Position numbers and translations under genes: made by a program. Shown in pieces: positions 26,943 to 36,107 of a DNA stretch of 64,000 bases. Origin of the DNA: Escherichia phage LHE83. Numbering within the stretch: the first letter of the stretch is position 1; the number at the start of each line of letters is the position of its first letter. The notes under the pieces were generated by a model. That model was not told where the DNA came from. It worked only from the letters and a program-made list of their open reading frames with translations, and made no database searches. The DNA lies in sequence record OQ561750; one strand, 5' to 3'.

Positions 26943-27902
26943 ATGCTTACAGTAAACAATAATGAATTCATGTGGGAACAGAAATATCGTCCAGGTACTT
27001 TATCTGAGTGTATTCTGCCTGCGCATGATAAAGAAACCCTCCAAGCCATTGTTAATAAGGGCCTAATCCCTAACATTATCCTAGTCTCTGCTTCACCAGG
27101 CACAGGTAAAACTACCGTAGCTAAAGCATTGTGTGCTGATACAAATTCAGACATGTTGTTTGTTAACGGTTCTGACTGCCGTATTGATTTCGTTCGTAAT
27201 GAACTTACTCGTTTTGCATCTTCCAAATCTATCGAAGGTAAGCGTAAGGTAATTGTTATCGACGAATTCGACCGCGCCGGTGTTGCTGAAGCTCAACGTC
27301 ACCTTCGTTCGTTCTTAGAAGCCTATTCCTCAAACTGTTCTGTAATTATTACAGCAAACAATATTGATGGTATTATCGGCCCACTTCAATCCCGTTGTCG
27401 TGTTATTAAATTTGGTGAAGCCACTCCAGCTGACCAAACATCCATGATGAAAGAAATGATTCATCGTGCTGTAGCGATCTGTAAAAACGAAAATATCGAA
27501 GTCGAAGACCTTAAAGTTATTGCTGCTTTAGTTAAACAAAACTTTCCTGACTTCCGTAAAACAGTTAACCAACTGGACCGTTACTCATCCAGTGGTAAAA
27601 TCGATACAGGCATTTTGAGTATTGTAATGAATACCAATTCGCCTATCGATGAAGTAGTGGCTGCACTTAAAGATAAAAACTTTAAAGAACTCCGTGCATT
27701 AGCTCCACGTCATGTCAACGATTATTCCAACTTTATTATGTCGCTGGCTAACGAACTCTATGGTAAATTGCCTGGGCCAAGCATTGTTAGAATGTACGAA
27801 ATTGTCGGTGAAAATAACCAATACCACGGTATTGCGGCTAACCCAGAAATTCACATGACTTATCTGTTCATCCAACTTGCTCTGGAGCTCCAATGGCTAT
27901 AA
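26943..27902 (+). CDS. 44: clamp-loader ATPase gp44
   Basis: 319 aa; SPGTGKTT Walker A, VIDEFDR, SRC motif; near-identical to T4 gp44 from memory. Confidence 0.9.
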   Translation: MLTVNNNEFMWEQKYRPGTLSECILPAHDKETLQAIVNKGLIPNIILVSASPGTGKTTVAKALCADTNSDMLFVNGSDCRIDFVRNELTRFASSKSIEGKRKVIVIDEFDRAGVAEAQRHLRSFLEAYSSNCSVIITANNIDGIIGPLQSRCRVIKFGEATPADQTSMMKEMIHRAVAICKNENIEVEDLKVIAALVKQNFPDFRKTVNQLDRYSSSGKIDTGILSIVMNTNSPIDEVVAALKDKNFKELRALAPRHVNDYSNFIMSLANELYGKLPGPSIVRMYEIVGENNQYHGIAANPEIHMTYLFIQLALELQWL

Positions 27903-28465
27903 GTCTTTTTGATGATGACGTTGAACTGAACGAACATGAAGTTGCTTGGAAATCACGTAACGACGCTGCAATTCAAGCCTTGGCCGATTCATTTAAAGAA
28001 AAGGCTGAAAACGAACTGTTCGCCATTATGAACGATATCACATATGGTAAGAACCAACGTAACTTGGCTCAGTCGGAAAACTACAATCAATTTTGGCTCG
28101 ATAATAGTTTGAGCCAACATGTGGATTGTATTATGCAGGCTGCAATGGTTAACTGTCTGAAACTTGATGACCAAAGTCATTTCAACTATCTTTTACACGC
28201 TGTTCCTAAGGGTAAGAGGTTTGGTAAATGGGCTAAGGCCCATGATGATGAAGTTAGTGTAGTTTTTATTACTCGTTTATTGATGAAATACCATTCAATT
28301 AATAATGATGACGCTTATCGTTATCTCGAGACTTATAAAATTAAAGGCCATCTTCCGGCAGTGCTTAAGAAGATGAAAGGGTTGGTTACGGACGAATTCC
28401 TGAAATCCGTAACTAAAAATGTTAAAGAACAAAAAGACTTGAAAAAGAAAGCATTGGAATGGTAA
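27893..28465 (+). CDS. 62: clamp-loader subunit gp62
   Basis: About 190 aa; overlaps the gp44 stop; C-terminal KNVKEQKDLKKKALEW as in T4 gp62. Confidence 0.85.
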   Translation: MAISLFDDDVELNEHEVAWKSRNDAAIQALADSFKEKAENELFAIMNDITYGKNQRNLAQSENYNQFWLDNSLSQHVDCIMQAAMVNCLKLDDQSHFNYLLHAVPKGKRFGKWAKAHDDEVSVVFITRLLMKYHSINNDDAYRYLETYKIKGHLPAVLKKMKGLVTDEFLKSVTKNVKEQKDLKKKALEW

Positions 28466-28471
28466 ATTAAA

Positions 28472-28834
28472 ATGATTGAAATTACTCTGAAACAACCTGA
28501 AGACTTCTTGAAAGTTAAAGAGACCCTAACTCGTATGGGTATCGCTAATAATAAAGAAAAGAAACTATATCAATCCTGTCACATTCTGCAAAAGCAAGGG
28601 CTATACTATATCGTCCACTTTAAAGAGATGTTGCGTATGGATGGCCGCCAAGTTGATATCGATGGTGAAGACTATCAACGTCGAGATTCAATTGCCCAGC
28701 TTCTTAAGGAGTGGGGACTGATTGATATCGTAGACGACTCTGAGCTGTTCGAAATCACTAATAATTTCCGTGTCATTTCCTTTAAGCAGAAAAATGACTG
28801 GGAACTACTGTCTAAGTATACCATCGGTAATTAA
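28472..28834 (+). CDS. regA: translational repressor RegA
   Basis: MIEITLKQPEDFLKVKETLTRMGIANNKEKKLYQSCHILQK near-identical to T4 RegA. Confidence 0.85.
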   Translation: MIEITLKQPEDFLKVKETLTRMGIANNKEKKLYQSCHILQKQGLYYIVHFKEMLRMDGRQVDIDGEDYQRRDSIAQLLKEWGLIDIVDDSELFEITNNFRVISFKQKNDWELLSKYTIGN

Positions 28835-28835
28835 T

Positions 28836-29051
28836 ATGATTCTTGAAATTGAAATGTGTGAACGTCTTAAAGAGGTATACGGACTTTCCCCAACTCAAAC
28901 TGTTTTTGACCTTTCCGAAGAGCTCCAAATAGAATTTCAAAAAGAACTCCATAAGTTGCTACATCCGGGTCAGAAAGTCTTCCAGGCTATGATTAAAACT
29001 AAAGACGAAGATGGTAATTCAACCATTAAACGTCAAACAATAGAAATTTAA
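28836..29051 (+). CDS. hypothetical protein
   Basis: ATG one nt after the regA stop; track start 28770 lies inside regA. Confidence 0.45.
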   Translation: MILEIEMCERLKEVYGLSPTQTVFDLSEELQIEFQKELHKLLHPGQKVFQAMIKTKDEDGNSTIKRQTIEI

Positions 29052-29054
29052 GCA

Positions 29055-29075
29055 AAGGGACTTCGGTCCCTTTTT
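29055..29075 (+). terminator. rho-independent terminator
   Basis: GGGAC-TTCG-GTCCC followed by TTTTT. Confidence 0.6.
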
Positions 29076-29133
29076 GGAGTATAATGATTCATCAACAAAC
29101 AAAAGACAATCACTCGTCTATAAAGGAAATGAA

Positions 29134-31845
29134 ATGCAAGAATTCTATTTGACAGTCGAACAAATCGGTGATAATATTCTCGAACGTTACATCGATAAAA
29201 ATGGTAACGAACGTAGTCGTGAAGTTCCATACAAGCCTACAATGTTTATGCATGCTAATCCAGAGCAAGCCGTAAAATACATTGATATCTATGGTAAGGG
29301 TTGTGTTAAGAAAGAATTCGATTCTATGCGTGATGCATCCCAATGGATGAAACGTATGGATGATATGGGTCTCGAAGCCCTGGGTATGGACGACTATAAA
29401 TTAGCCTATTTGTCTGATACCTATCGTAAAGAAATCAAATATGATTCTTCTAAGATTCGTATTGCTAACTTCGACATCGAGGTAACATCTCCTGATGGAT
29501 TCCCTGAACCAGCTCAGGCTAAACATCCTATCGATGCCATTACCCACTACGACTCGATTGACGATAAATTCTATGTATTCGACCTTTTAGTTTCGCCTTA
29601 TGGTACTGTCGAAGAGTGGTCGATTAAAATCGCTGAGAAACTCCAAGACGAAGGCGGTGACGAAGTTCCACAAGAAATCATTGACAAAATCGTTTATCTT
29701 CCGTTTAATTCTGAAGAAGAAATGATGCTTGAGTACTTGAATTTCTGGCAACAGAAAACTCCTGTGATTTTGACTGGATGGAACGTTGAGTCGTTTGACG
29801 TACCATACGTTTATAACCGTCTGAAAAATCTGTTCGGTGAGAACACTGCTAAGCGATTAAGCCCACATCGTAAAACTCGTGTTAAAGTTATCGAGAACAT
29901 GTACGGTGCTCGTGAAATCATTACATTGTTCGGTATCTCTGTTCTGGATTATATCGACCTGTATAAAAAATTCAGCTTTACCAACCAGCCTTCTTATTCT
30001 CTGGATTATGTTTCTGAATATGAATTGAAAGTAGGTAAGTTGAAATATGATGGCCCAATCTCCAAGTTACGTGAGACGAACCACCAACGATATATTTCCT
30101 ATAACATTATCGACGTATATCGTGTAGTGCAGATTGATATGAAGCGTCAGTTCATTCTTCTGAGTTTGGACATGGGTTATTATGCCAAGATGCAGATTCA
30201 GTCGGTGTTCAGCCCAATTAAGACTTGGGACGCTATTATCTTTAATAGCCTTAAAGAACAAGGCAAGGTAATTCCACAAGCTCGCTCACACGTGGTCCAA
30301 CCTTATCCTGGTGCTTTCGTTAAGGAACCGATTCCTAACGCTTACAAATATGTAATGAGTTTCGACCTTACATCTCTGTACCCGAGTATCATTCGACAAG
30401 TGAATATAAGCCCAGAGACCATCGCAGGGACATTCGCTAACGCACCGATACATGAATATATTGCCGGAACTGCTCAGCGTCCTAGCGACACCTACAGTTG
30501 CTCTCCTAACGGCATGATGTACTATAAAGACCGTGAAGGTGTGATTCCGACAGAAATCACCAAGGTATTCTTGCAGCGTAAAGAACATAAAGGTTACATG
30601 CTTGCAGCTCAACGTAATGGTGAGTTAATTAAAGAAGCATTGGAAAATCCTAATCTCTCAGTTGATAGTCCACTGGATATCGATTATCGTTTTGACTTCT
30701 CTGACGAAATCAAAGCCCAGATTAAAGCACTGTCAGCGCCTTCTTTAAGAGAAATGTTGAAGAAAGCCGAGCTCACTGAAGTTGCAGGTAACACTGCTCA
30801 GATTAACCGTAAGTTGCTTATCAACTCCCTTTATGGTGCACTTGGTAACGTATGGTTCCGTTACTATGACCTCAGGAACGCAACTGCAATCACATTGTTT
30901 GGTCAAATGGCCCTCCAATGGATTGAACGTAAGGTTAACGAATATCTGAATAGCGTGTGTAAGACTGAAAACCAGAAGTTCGTGCTCTACGGTGATACTG
31001 ACTCCATTTATGTTAAGGCAGATGCAATCATCAATAAAGTAGGCGAAGATAAATTCCGTGATACTAACCACTGGGTCGACTTCTTAGATAAATTTGCACG
31101 TGAACGTATGGAACCAGCTATTGATGCAGGCTTCCGTGAGATGTGCGAATACATGAACAACAAACAACACTTGATGTTCATGGACCGAGAAGCTATCGCA
31201 GGTCCTCCACTTGGTTCTAAAGGCCTTGGTGGATTCTGGACAGGCAAGAAACGTTATGCACTTAACGTTTGGGACATGGAAGGTACTCGTTATGCTGAAC
31301 CACACTTGAAAATCATGGGTCTCGAAACTCAGAAATCAAGTACACCTAAAGCAGTTCAGAAAGCTCTGAAGGAATGTATCCGTCGTATGCTTCAGGAAGG
31401 CGAGGCATCTTTGCAAGAATATTTCAAACAGTTTAATAAGGAATTTAACGAACTCGATTATGTAAGCATTGCAGCAGTATCCAGTGCTAACAACATCGAG
31501 AAATATAATGAAGGTGGATTCCCGGGTTCTAAATGTCCATACCACATCAAAGGTTGCTTAGCTTACATGCGTGCTTCTGCAGGTGATTTGACTATGCCTC
31601 GTATCGTTGATGGTGAAAAGGTATATGTACTGCCACTTAAAGAAGGCAACCCGTTTGGTGAAGCTTGTATGGCATGGCCGTCAGGTATTGAACTTCCGGT
31701 TCAGATTCGTGACCAAGTCCTCCGTTGGATGGACTACAACGTACTGTTCCAAAAGACCTTTATCAAACCTCTGACCGGTTTTACTGAGTCTGCTAAAATC
31801 GACTACGAGAAAAAAGCAACATTATTTGATATGTTCGACTTTTAA
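29134..31845 (+). CDS. 43: DNA polymerase gp43 (family B)
   Basis: Start at internal ATG (MQEFYLTVEQIGDN) after AAAGGAAATGAA RBS, giving 903 aa; exo motifs FDIEV and YNIIDV; pol motifs SLYPSI, KILINSLYGALG, YGDTDS; track start 29074 is TTG. Confidence 0.95.
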   Translation: MQEFYLTVEQIGDNILERYIDKNGNERSREVPYKPTMFMHANPEQAVKYIDIYGKGCVKKEFDSMRDASQWMKRMDDMGLEALGMDDYKLAYLSDTYRKEIKYDSSKIRIANFDIEVTSPDGFPEPAQAKHPIDAITHYDSIDDKFYVFDLLVSPYGTVEEWSIKIAEKLQDEGGDEVPQEIIDKIVYLPFNSEEEMMLEYLNFWQQKTPVILTGWNVESFDVPYVYNRLKNLFGENTAKRLSPHRKTRVKVIENMYGAREIITLFGISVLDYIDLYKKFSFTNQPSYSLDYVSEYELKVGKLKYDGPISKLRETNHQRYISYNIIDVYRVVQIDMKRQFILLSLDMGYYAKMQIQSVFSPIKTWDAIIFNSLKEQGKVIPQARSHVVQPYPGAFVKEPIPNAYKYVMSFDLTSLYPSIIRQVNISPETIAGTFANAPIHEYIAGTAQRPSDTYSCSPNGMMYYKDREGVIPTEITKVFLQRKEHKGYMLAAQRNGELIKEALENPNLSVDSPLDIDYRFDFSDEIKAQIKALSAPSLREMLKKAELTEVAGNTAQINRKLLINSLYGALGNVWFRYYDLRNATAITLFGQMALQWIERKVNEYLNSVCKTENQKFVLYGDTDSIYVKADAIINKVGEDKFRDTNHWVDFLDKFARERMEPAIDAGFREMCEYMNNKQHLMFMDREAIAGPPLGSKGLGGFWTGKKRYALNVWDMEGTRYAEPHLKIMGLETQKSSTPKAVQKALKECIRRMLQEGEASLQEYFKQFNKEFNELDYVSIAAVSSANNIEKYNEGGFPGSKCPYHIKGCLAYMRASAGDLTMPRIVDGEKVYVLPLKEGNPFGEACMAWPSGIELPVQIRDQVLRWMDYNVLFQKTFIKPLTGFTESAKIDYEKKATLFDMFDF

Positions 31846-31847
31846 GT

Positions 31848-31880
31848 GTTTACATACCACAAGGAACGTGGTAGTATCCT
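31848..31880 (+). promoter_or_regulatory. early promoter cassette
   Basis: GTTTAC...GTAGTATCC...CCTATCAAC; TACCAC/GTGGTA inverted repeat. Confidence 0.5.
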
Positions 31881-31907
31881 TCCTATCAACTACATGAGGA
31901 AATTACA

Positions 31908-32144
31908 ATGGAAGCTTTAATCGTTAGTGCTGGTGTTTTAGGATTCGGTTCTCTGGTTATTATGTTCATCGGTTACTTTTTACCATGGATTCTGGCTCTT
32001 CTGCGAGGCACTCGTAGTAATGTCGGAATTTTCTTCCTTAATCTCCTGTTAGGCTGGACGATGATTGGTTGGGTAGTGGCTTTAATCTGGGCTATCGTCG
32101 CTGAACGTAAATCAAACGCACAAATCATTATTGTTAAGCAATGA
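31908..32144 (+). CDS. imm: superinfection immunity protein Imm-like
   Basis: 78 aa, two transmembrane segments; FFLNLLLGWTMIGWVVALIWA resembles the Imm family signature; syntenic with T4 imm downstream of 43. Confidence 0.65.
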   Translation: MEALIVSAGVLGFGSLVIMFIGYFLPWILALLRGTRSNVGIFFLNLLLGWTMIGWVVALIWAIVAERKSNAQIIIVKQ

Positions 32145-32285
32145 AAATAATTATTTTATTTCTTATAATGACTGCCTTTACCATTTATTGGGCAGTGGCA
32201 ATTCCGCCAATGATTCCGACACTCATCATTGGATGGATTATTCTTATAGCACAAATTAAGTATAACTGTTTTAATTGAGGATATT

Positions 32286-32786
32286 ATGAAAAAGTTAATT
32301 ATCGCAATGAGTATGCTCCTATCAGGTTGCGCGGTCCAATATGGTGATACAGTTTCGGCTGATGAAGTTGGTAAAGCTCGTATCGCAGCTGAACAGAAAC
32401 AATTCGATGGCGAAATGAAATTCCGTGCAGGTTCTGGACTTGTGTACACCCGAGCTAATAATCAATGCGGTAATAACTGTGCAAAATATGCTCAACAAGA
32501 AATCGAATTCCAACGTGAACAAGAGTCCAAGCGTGAAGCGGTACTAGCCAAACACCAGGCAGAAATGAAGCGTCAAGATGATTTGTACAAAAAGCAGAAA
32601 CTGTATGCGATGTGCGTAAACCATATCAATCTACAGATTTCCATCCACGAGGCTCGTTATTACGAAATGCTCGAAACCGAGAGCTTCGGTAAAGCTCGTG
32701 ATTATAAGAAACAAATCGATAAGCTCAAGACCAAAGCACCGGCGGCAATAGAACAGTGTATTGAAATCGGTAAAGATAAGATTTAA
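32286..32786 (+). CDS. hypothetical lipoprotein
   Basis: Signal peptide with LSGC lipobox; charged helical remainder. Confidence 0.55.
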   Translation: MKKLIIAMSMLLSGCAVQYGDTVSADEVGKARIAAEQKQFDGEMKFRAGSGLVYTRANNQCGNNCAKYAQQEIEFQREQESKREAVLAKHQAEMKRQDDLYKKQKLYAMCVNHINLQISIHEARYYEMLETESFGKARDYKKQIDKLKTKAPAAIEQCIEIGKDKI

Positions 32787-32846
32787 GCAATACCAATTTA
32801 TTAAAAATAGTGTATAATGTACCTACATTCACTTGAGGAACAGATA

Positions 32847-34520
32847 ATGAAAAAGGTTGTTATTTTAGGCGCGGGTCTTGGCTCACGGTTGTATCCAATT
32901 ACCAACGAAATCCCGAAGGTACTGGTTAACTACAAACAACATACTGTATTAAAACATTTGTATGATTTGTATAGTAATCAATCAGATGAAATTATTCTGG
33001 TTATTCACAGCAAATTTAACGACCTCGTTAAAGGCTATATTAAATCCATTAACATGATTAATAGTGATAAGCCTAAATTCACTATTCGTAACGTTGATGT
33101 TGCCAATGGTTCGGCTCATGCTATCGATTGCATTGCCGAAGATATCATTGGGCACAATGTCTTGTTTAACTGGTGTGATATTATTCCTGAAGGTCATAAA
33201 GTTGAGTGGGATAACGACTACTGTTATACCTATGGGACCGACTGTCGTTTTACATTTGAAGAACCGTACTTGCGTGAAATTGGTACCGGTGGTGGCGTAG
33301 TTGGCTTGTATCAGGTGGCTAATTGGACAGGTTTCGACCGTTCTAATTATGGTGAAGACCTTGCTGACAACCTGGATTCAATGGTCCATTTGACTGAACG
33401 TAAGTTAGACTTTGTAGTTGATGTTGGTGACAAACTGAAACTGGCTAAGGCCCATGAAGATTCTGAAATTAACCGTGAATTTAATAAATTAGAGTTCACT
33501 GAGAATCTAGCTATTAAAGTACCTACAAACGAATTAGGTAAAGAAATCCAATCTAAAGAAATCAATTGGTACAATTCTATTGATTCTGAATTCGTTCCTA
33601 GCATTGTAGACTTTGCTCCAGGTGAATTCATTAAAATGGAACGTATCTTTGGTCGAACCATGGCAGATGCCTACCGGTTTATGTCTAAAGAAACTAAAGT
33701 CCTAATGGTTTATAAGGTTATTAGTGCATTACGTTCGTTCGGTGGAACTATCGATAATCCGTCCGATGAGCAATGGTATTCTGATGTTAAGAAAGAAGTA
33801 TTGGACAAGGTCCTTATTCGTAATGCTTCTATTGCCGGATTGATTGAAGGCTTTGCTCCACAGGGTATTACCCATGTTAACGACTTCAAGGTAGGCGACC
33901 CAGAAAAACTTCTTCGTCACGCCTTAGAAATTCTGTCTGAACATAAAGAACCGTACCAACTTATTCATGGCGACCCGCACTACAGTAATATTATGTTGTC
34001 GGACGAAGGTAATATTAAAATCATCGACCCACGTGGTTATTTTGGTAATAGTTCTAAAGGCCCTGCGATTTATGATGAAGCTAAGGTGCTTTATTCTATC
34101 GATGGTTATGACAAATTTAACTCTGACCCTCTATGGGGTGGCTTAACTCGTAACGGAACTCGTGTATTCGTTGATATTGAAAAGGTTATGCCTTTAGATG
34201 ATATTCCGATGTGTACATTTAAGCACAAGCTCTGGATTGCCGTTATTTGGATGGCATTGGCAGGTTACTTTAAAAATAACCCTCTGAAAGCTCTGGGCGC
34301 TTATTACAATGGGCTATATCAACTGAGTGTGCTGCTGAAGCGGCATCCTCGTAAGCGTAAGCTTATCACAGGTGAATTCGTTGATGAAGTTCGCGACCCT
34401 ATCACGGCTCAAATTATCACTCGTTGTCCTGATAAGTGGGTTTTGCTTGACCAGGAAACTGGTGTAAAATATAAACCTACAGGTTCTACCGAACTCCACA
34501 AACAATGGAAGAAAATTTAA
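32847..34520 (+). CDS. bifunctional nucleotidyltransferase / kinase (LicC- or MurU-like N-terminus, APH/choline-kinase-like C-terminus)
   Basis: ATG after GAGGA Shine-Dalgarno; N-terminal KVVILGAGLGSRLYPIT sugar-phosphate nucleotidyltransferase motif; C-terminal IHGDPHYSNIML...IIDPRGY kinase catalytic-loop pattern. Confidence 0.7.
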   Translation: MKKVVILGAGLGSRLYPITNEIPKVLVNYKQHTVLKHLYDLYSNQSDEIILVIHSKFNDLVKGYIKSINMINSDKPKFTIRNVDVANGSAHAIDCIAEDIIGHNVLFNWCDIIPEGHKVEWDNDYCYTYGTDCRFTFEEPYLREIGTGGGVVGLYQVANWTGFDRSNYGEDLADNLDSMVHLTERKLDFVVDVGDKLKLAKAHEDSEINREFNKLEFTENLAIKVPTNELGKEIQSKEINWYNSIDSEFVPSIVDFAPGEFIKMERIFGRTMADAYRFMSKETKVLMVYKVISALRSFGGTIDNPSDEQWYSDVKKEVLDKVLIRNASIAGLIEGFAPQGITHVNDFKVGDPEKLLRHALEILSEHKEPYQLIHGDPHYSNIMLSDEGNIKIIDPRGYFGNSSKGPAIYDEAKVLYSIDGYDKFNSDPLWGGLTRNGTRVFVDIEKVMPLDDIPMCTFKHKLWIAVIWMALAGYFKNNPLKALGAYYNGLYQLSVLLKRHPRKRKLITGEFVDEVRDPITAQIITRCPDKWVLLDQETGVKYKPTGSTELHKQWKKI

Positions 34521-34879
34521 TGCATCTGTGTTTTGATATCGATAATACCATTACTCACTGGCAAGATGACCGTGATTACGAAAACTTTAAACCGGACACC
34601 GAAATGGTGTCCATGATTAATAAGCTTTATGATGAAGGGTACGAGATTACCTTGTTCACTGCCCGTGGTATGACTTCATGCGGCCCGGGTCGAATCTTGG
34701 TTGAAGTAGTTCCTGCATTAGTTAAGAACCTTGAAAAGATTGGATTGAAATATCACAATCTGCTTACACATAAGCCGAGTTATACTTTTATCATCGATGA
34801 CCGAGCAATCCGTCCTGACCACTTTAAAGAAATGGTTCGTGAAGGAACTCTTGAAACCTATAAGGCATATCATCCGTGA
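34520..34879 (+). CDS. HAD-superfamily phosphatase
   Basis: TAATG coupling to the upstream gene; motif I FDIDNTIT (DxDxT) near the N-terminus; LFTARG motif II-like. Confidence 0.6.
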   Translation: MHLCFDIDNTITHWQDDRDYENFKPDTEMVSMINKLYDEGYEITLFTARGMTSCGPGRILVEVVPALVKNLEKIGLKYHNLLTHKPSYTFIIDDRAIRPDHFKEMVREGTLETYKAYHP

Positions 34880-35412
34880 AACCAAAAATCATTGTTATCG
34901 ACGGCCCGGATAATTCCGGGAAGTCTACTTTAATTGAATCACTTTTATCTGATAAGAAATATCGTCTTATTGATTTCCCTAAAAAGATTAATGGCAAATG
35001 CATTTCATTAGGGACCGATAATGACAAGGCTTTAGTCGAGACGTTGTATAAGTTTTTAGACCCTAATTTCGTTTACATCCTTGACCGTGGTTATCCAAGT
35101 AATATTGTTTACTCGGGATTCCTTCGCGGTGAAATGGACCCTTATGTAGAACTGGAAGATTGGAAAAGGTTTAAATCTGAATTCAATATTATTGAGGTTA
35201 TTTTAACCCGTAATCCACTGGATAAAGACTTTGAAGATGACCTTATTAAATTAACCAAAGATGAGTTCAACCTAACTATCCGGCAATATGAAACATGTTT
35301 TGAAAACGTGTTTAAAATCTTAAATCACGACGGCCATAATAACTTGCTTAACGTCGATATGGTAGAATTAAAACGTCTGAATGAATATATTGAAAATAAG
35401 GTGAATAAATGA
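34876..35412 (+). CDS. P-loop kinase (nucleoside/nucleotide-kinase-like)
   Basis: GTG start overlapping the upstream stop; KIIVIDGPDNSGKSTL Walker A resembles dNMP or small-molecule P-loop kinases. Confidence 0.55.
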   Translation: MKPKIIVIDGPDNSGKSTLIESLLSDKKYRLIDFPKKINGKCISLGTDNDKALVETLYKFLDPNFVYILDRGYPSNIVYSGFLRGEMDPYVELEDWKRFKSEFNIIEVILTRNPLDKDFEDDLIKLTKDEFNLTIRQYETCFENVFKILNHDGHNNLLNVDMVELKRLNEYIENKVNK

Positions 35413-36107
35413 AACACATTACCGCTGTTAGTTTTGAAAACGCGTTTAAGCAAATGAACGAAGAAATCCTGGAAGCTCCACAGTTTGCAGTTGATTCTCG
35501 TATCGGCCGTTGTTATGAAATTGGTTCTGCTTCGGTAGAAGTACTGGATGCAAGCACCTATAAATTCACCGACCCTCGTATTAATCGTATCAACTATGAT
35601 TATGCCGAATCTTTCTGGAAGTTTATGATTTCTGGTGGTACTGACGCCGCCGAAGCATTTAAGGAATACCCTAATGTTGCTAAGTTCATTGATAAGCCGA
35701 AAAGTGACGTATTGCCTGCAAACTTCAACACTTTCTATGGACCTAGAATTGTGGCCCAACTCCCAGCCTTACTTAAAGAGCTTAAAGAGAAGCCTAACTC
35801 AAGACGAGTTGTGTTCCAAATTCTCCAAGAACAAGACCAAGCCCTCCTTGATTCTGACGAATCCTTAGAATATCCATGTACTGATTCAGTGACATATTAT
35901 ATTCGTGATGGACGTCTTTATGCACATACCCATATGCGTTCACAGAACTGTGCTATTGTTATGCAGCTGGATTTCTATCTGCAGGGTAAACTGATGGCCT
36001 TTATTGCTGAACAGTGTGGTGTTGGTCTGGGTACGTATTCCCATACTATGGTTAGTGCACACGTATTTGAACGTGATTTTGACTACGTTCGAGGATTCCT
36101 GAAATGA
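35409..36107 (+). CDS. 42: dCMP hydroxymethylase (thymidylate-synthase fold)
   Basis: KPNSRRVVF, YPCTDSVTYYIRDG...HMRSQN and VSAHVFER align with T4 gp42 active-site segments from memory; syntenic position. Confidence 0.75.
   Translation: MKHITAVSFENAFKQMNEEILEAPQFAVDSRIGRCYEIGSASVEVLDASTYKFTDPRINRINYDYAESFWKFMISGGTDAAEAFKEYPNVAKFIDKPKSDVLPANFNTFYGPRIVAQLPALLKELKEKPNSRRVVFQILQEQDQALLDSDESLEYPCTDSVTYYIRDGRLYAHTHMRSQNCAIVMQLDFYLQGKLMAFIAEQCGVGLGTYSHTMVSAHVFERDFDYVRGFLK

Noticed and set aside
29074-29133. N-terminal extensions of track ORFs (gene 43 at 29074, regB at 3139, gene 47 at 22514, 9985, 14025, 50502, denV at 1003, gene 55 at 20825 and others)
   Set aside because: The extensions start at TTG/GTG or run through terminators and promoter cassettes; the internal ATG with a proper Shine-Dalgarno matches the known T4 N-terminus, so starts were moved.
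29076-29133. Gene 43 translational operator hairpin upstream of the polymerase start
   Set aside because: T4 has such an autoregulatory operator, but I could not identify a convincing stem in this leader by eye.
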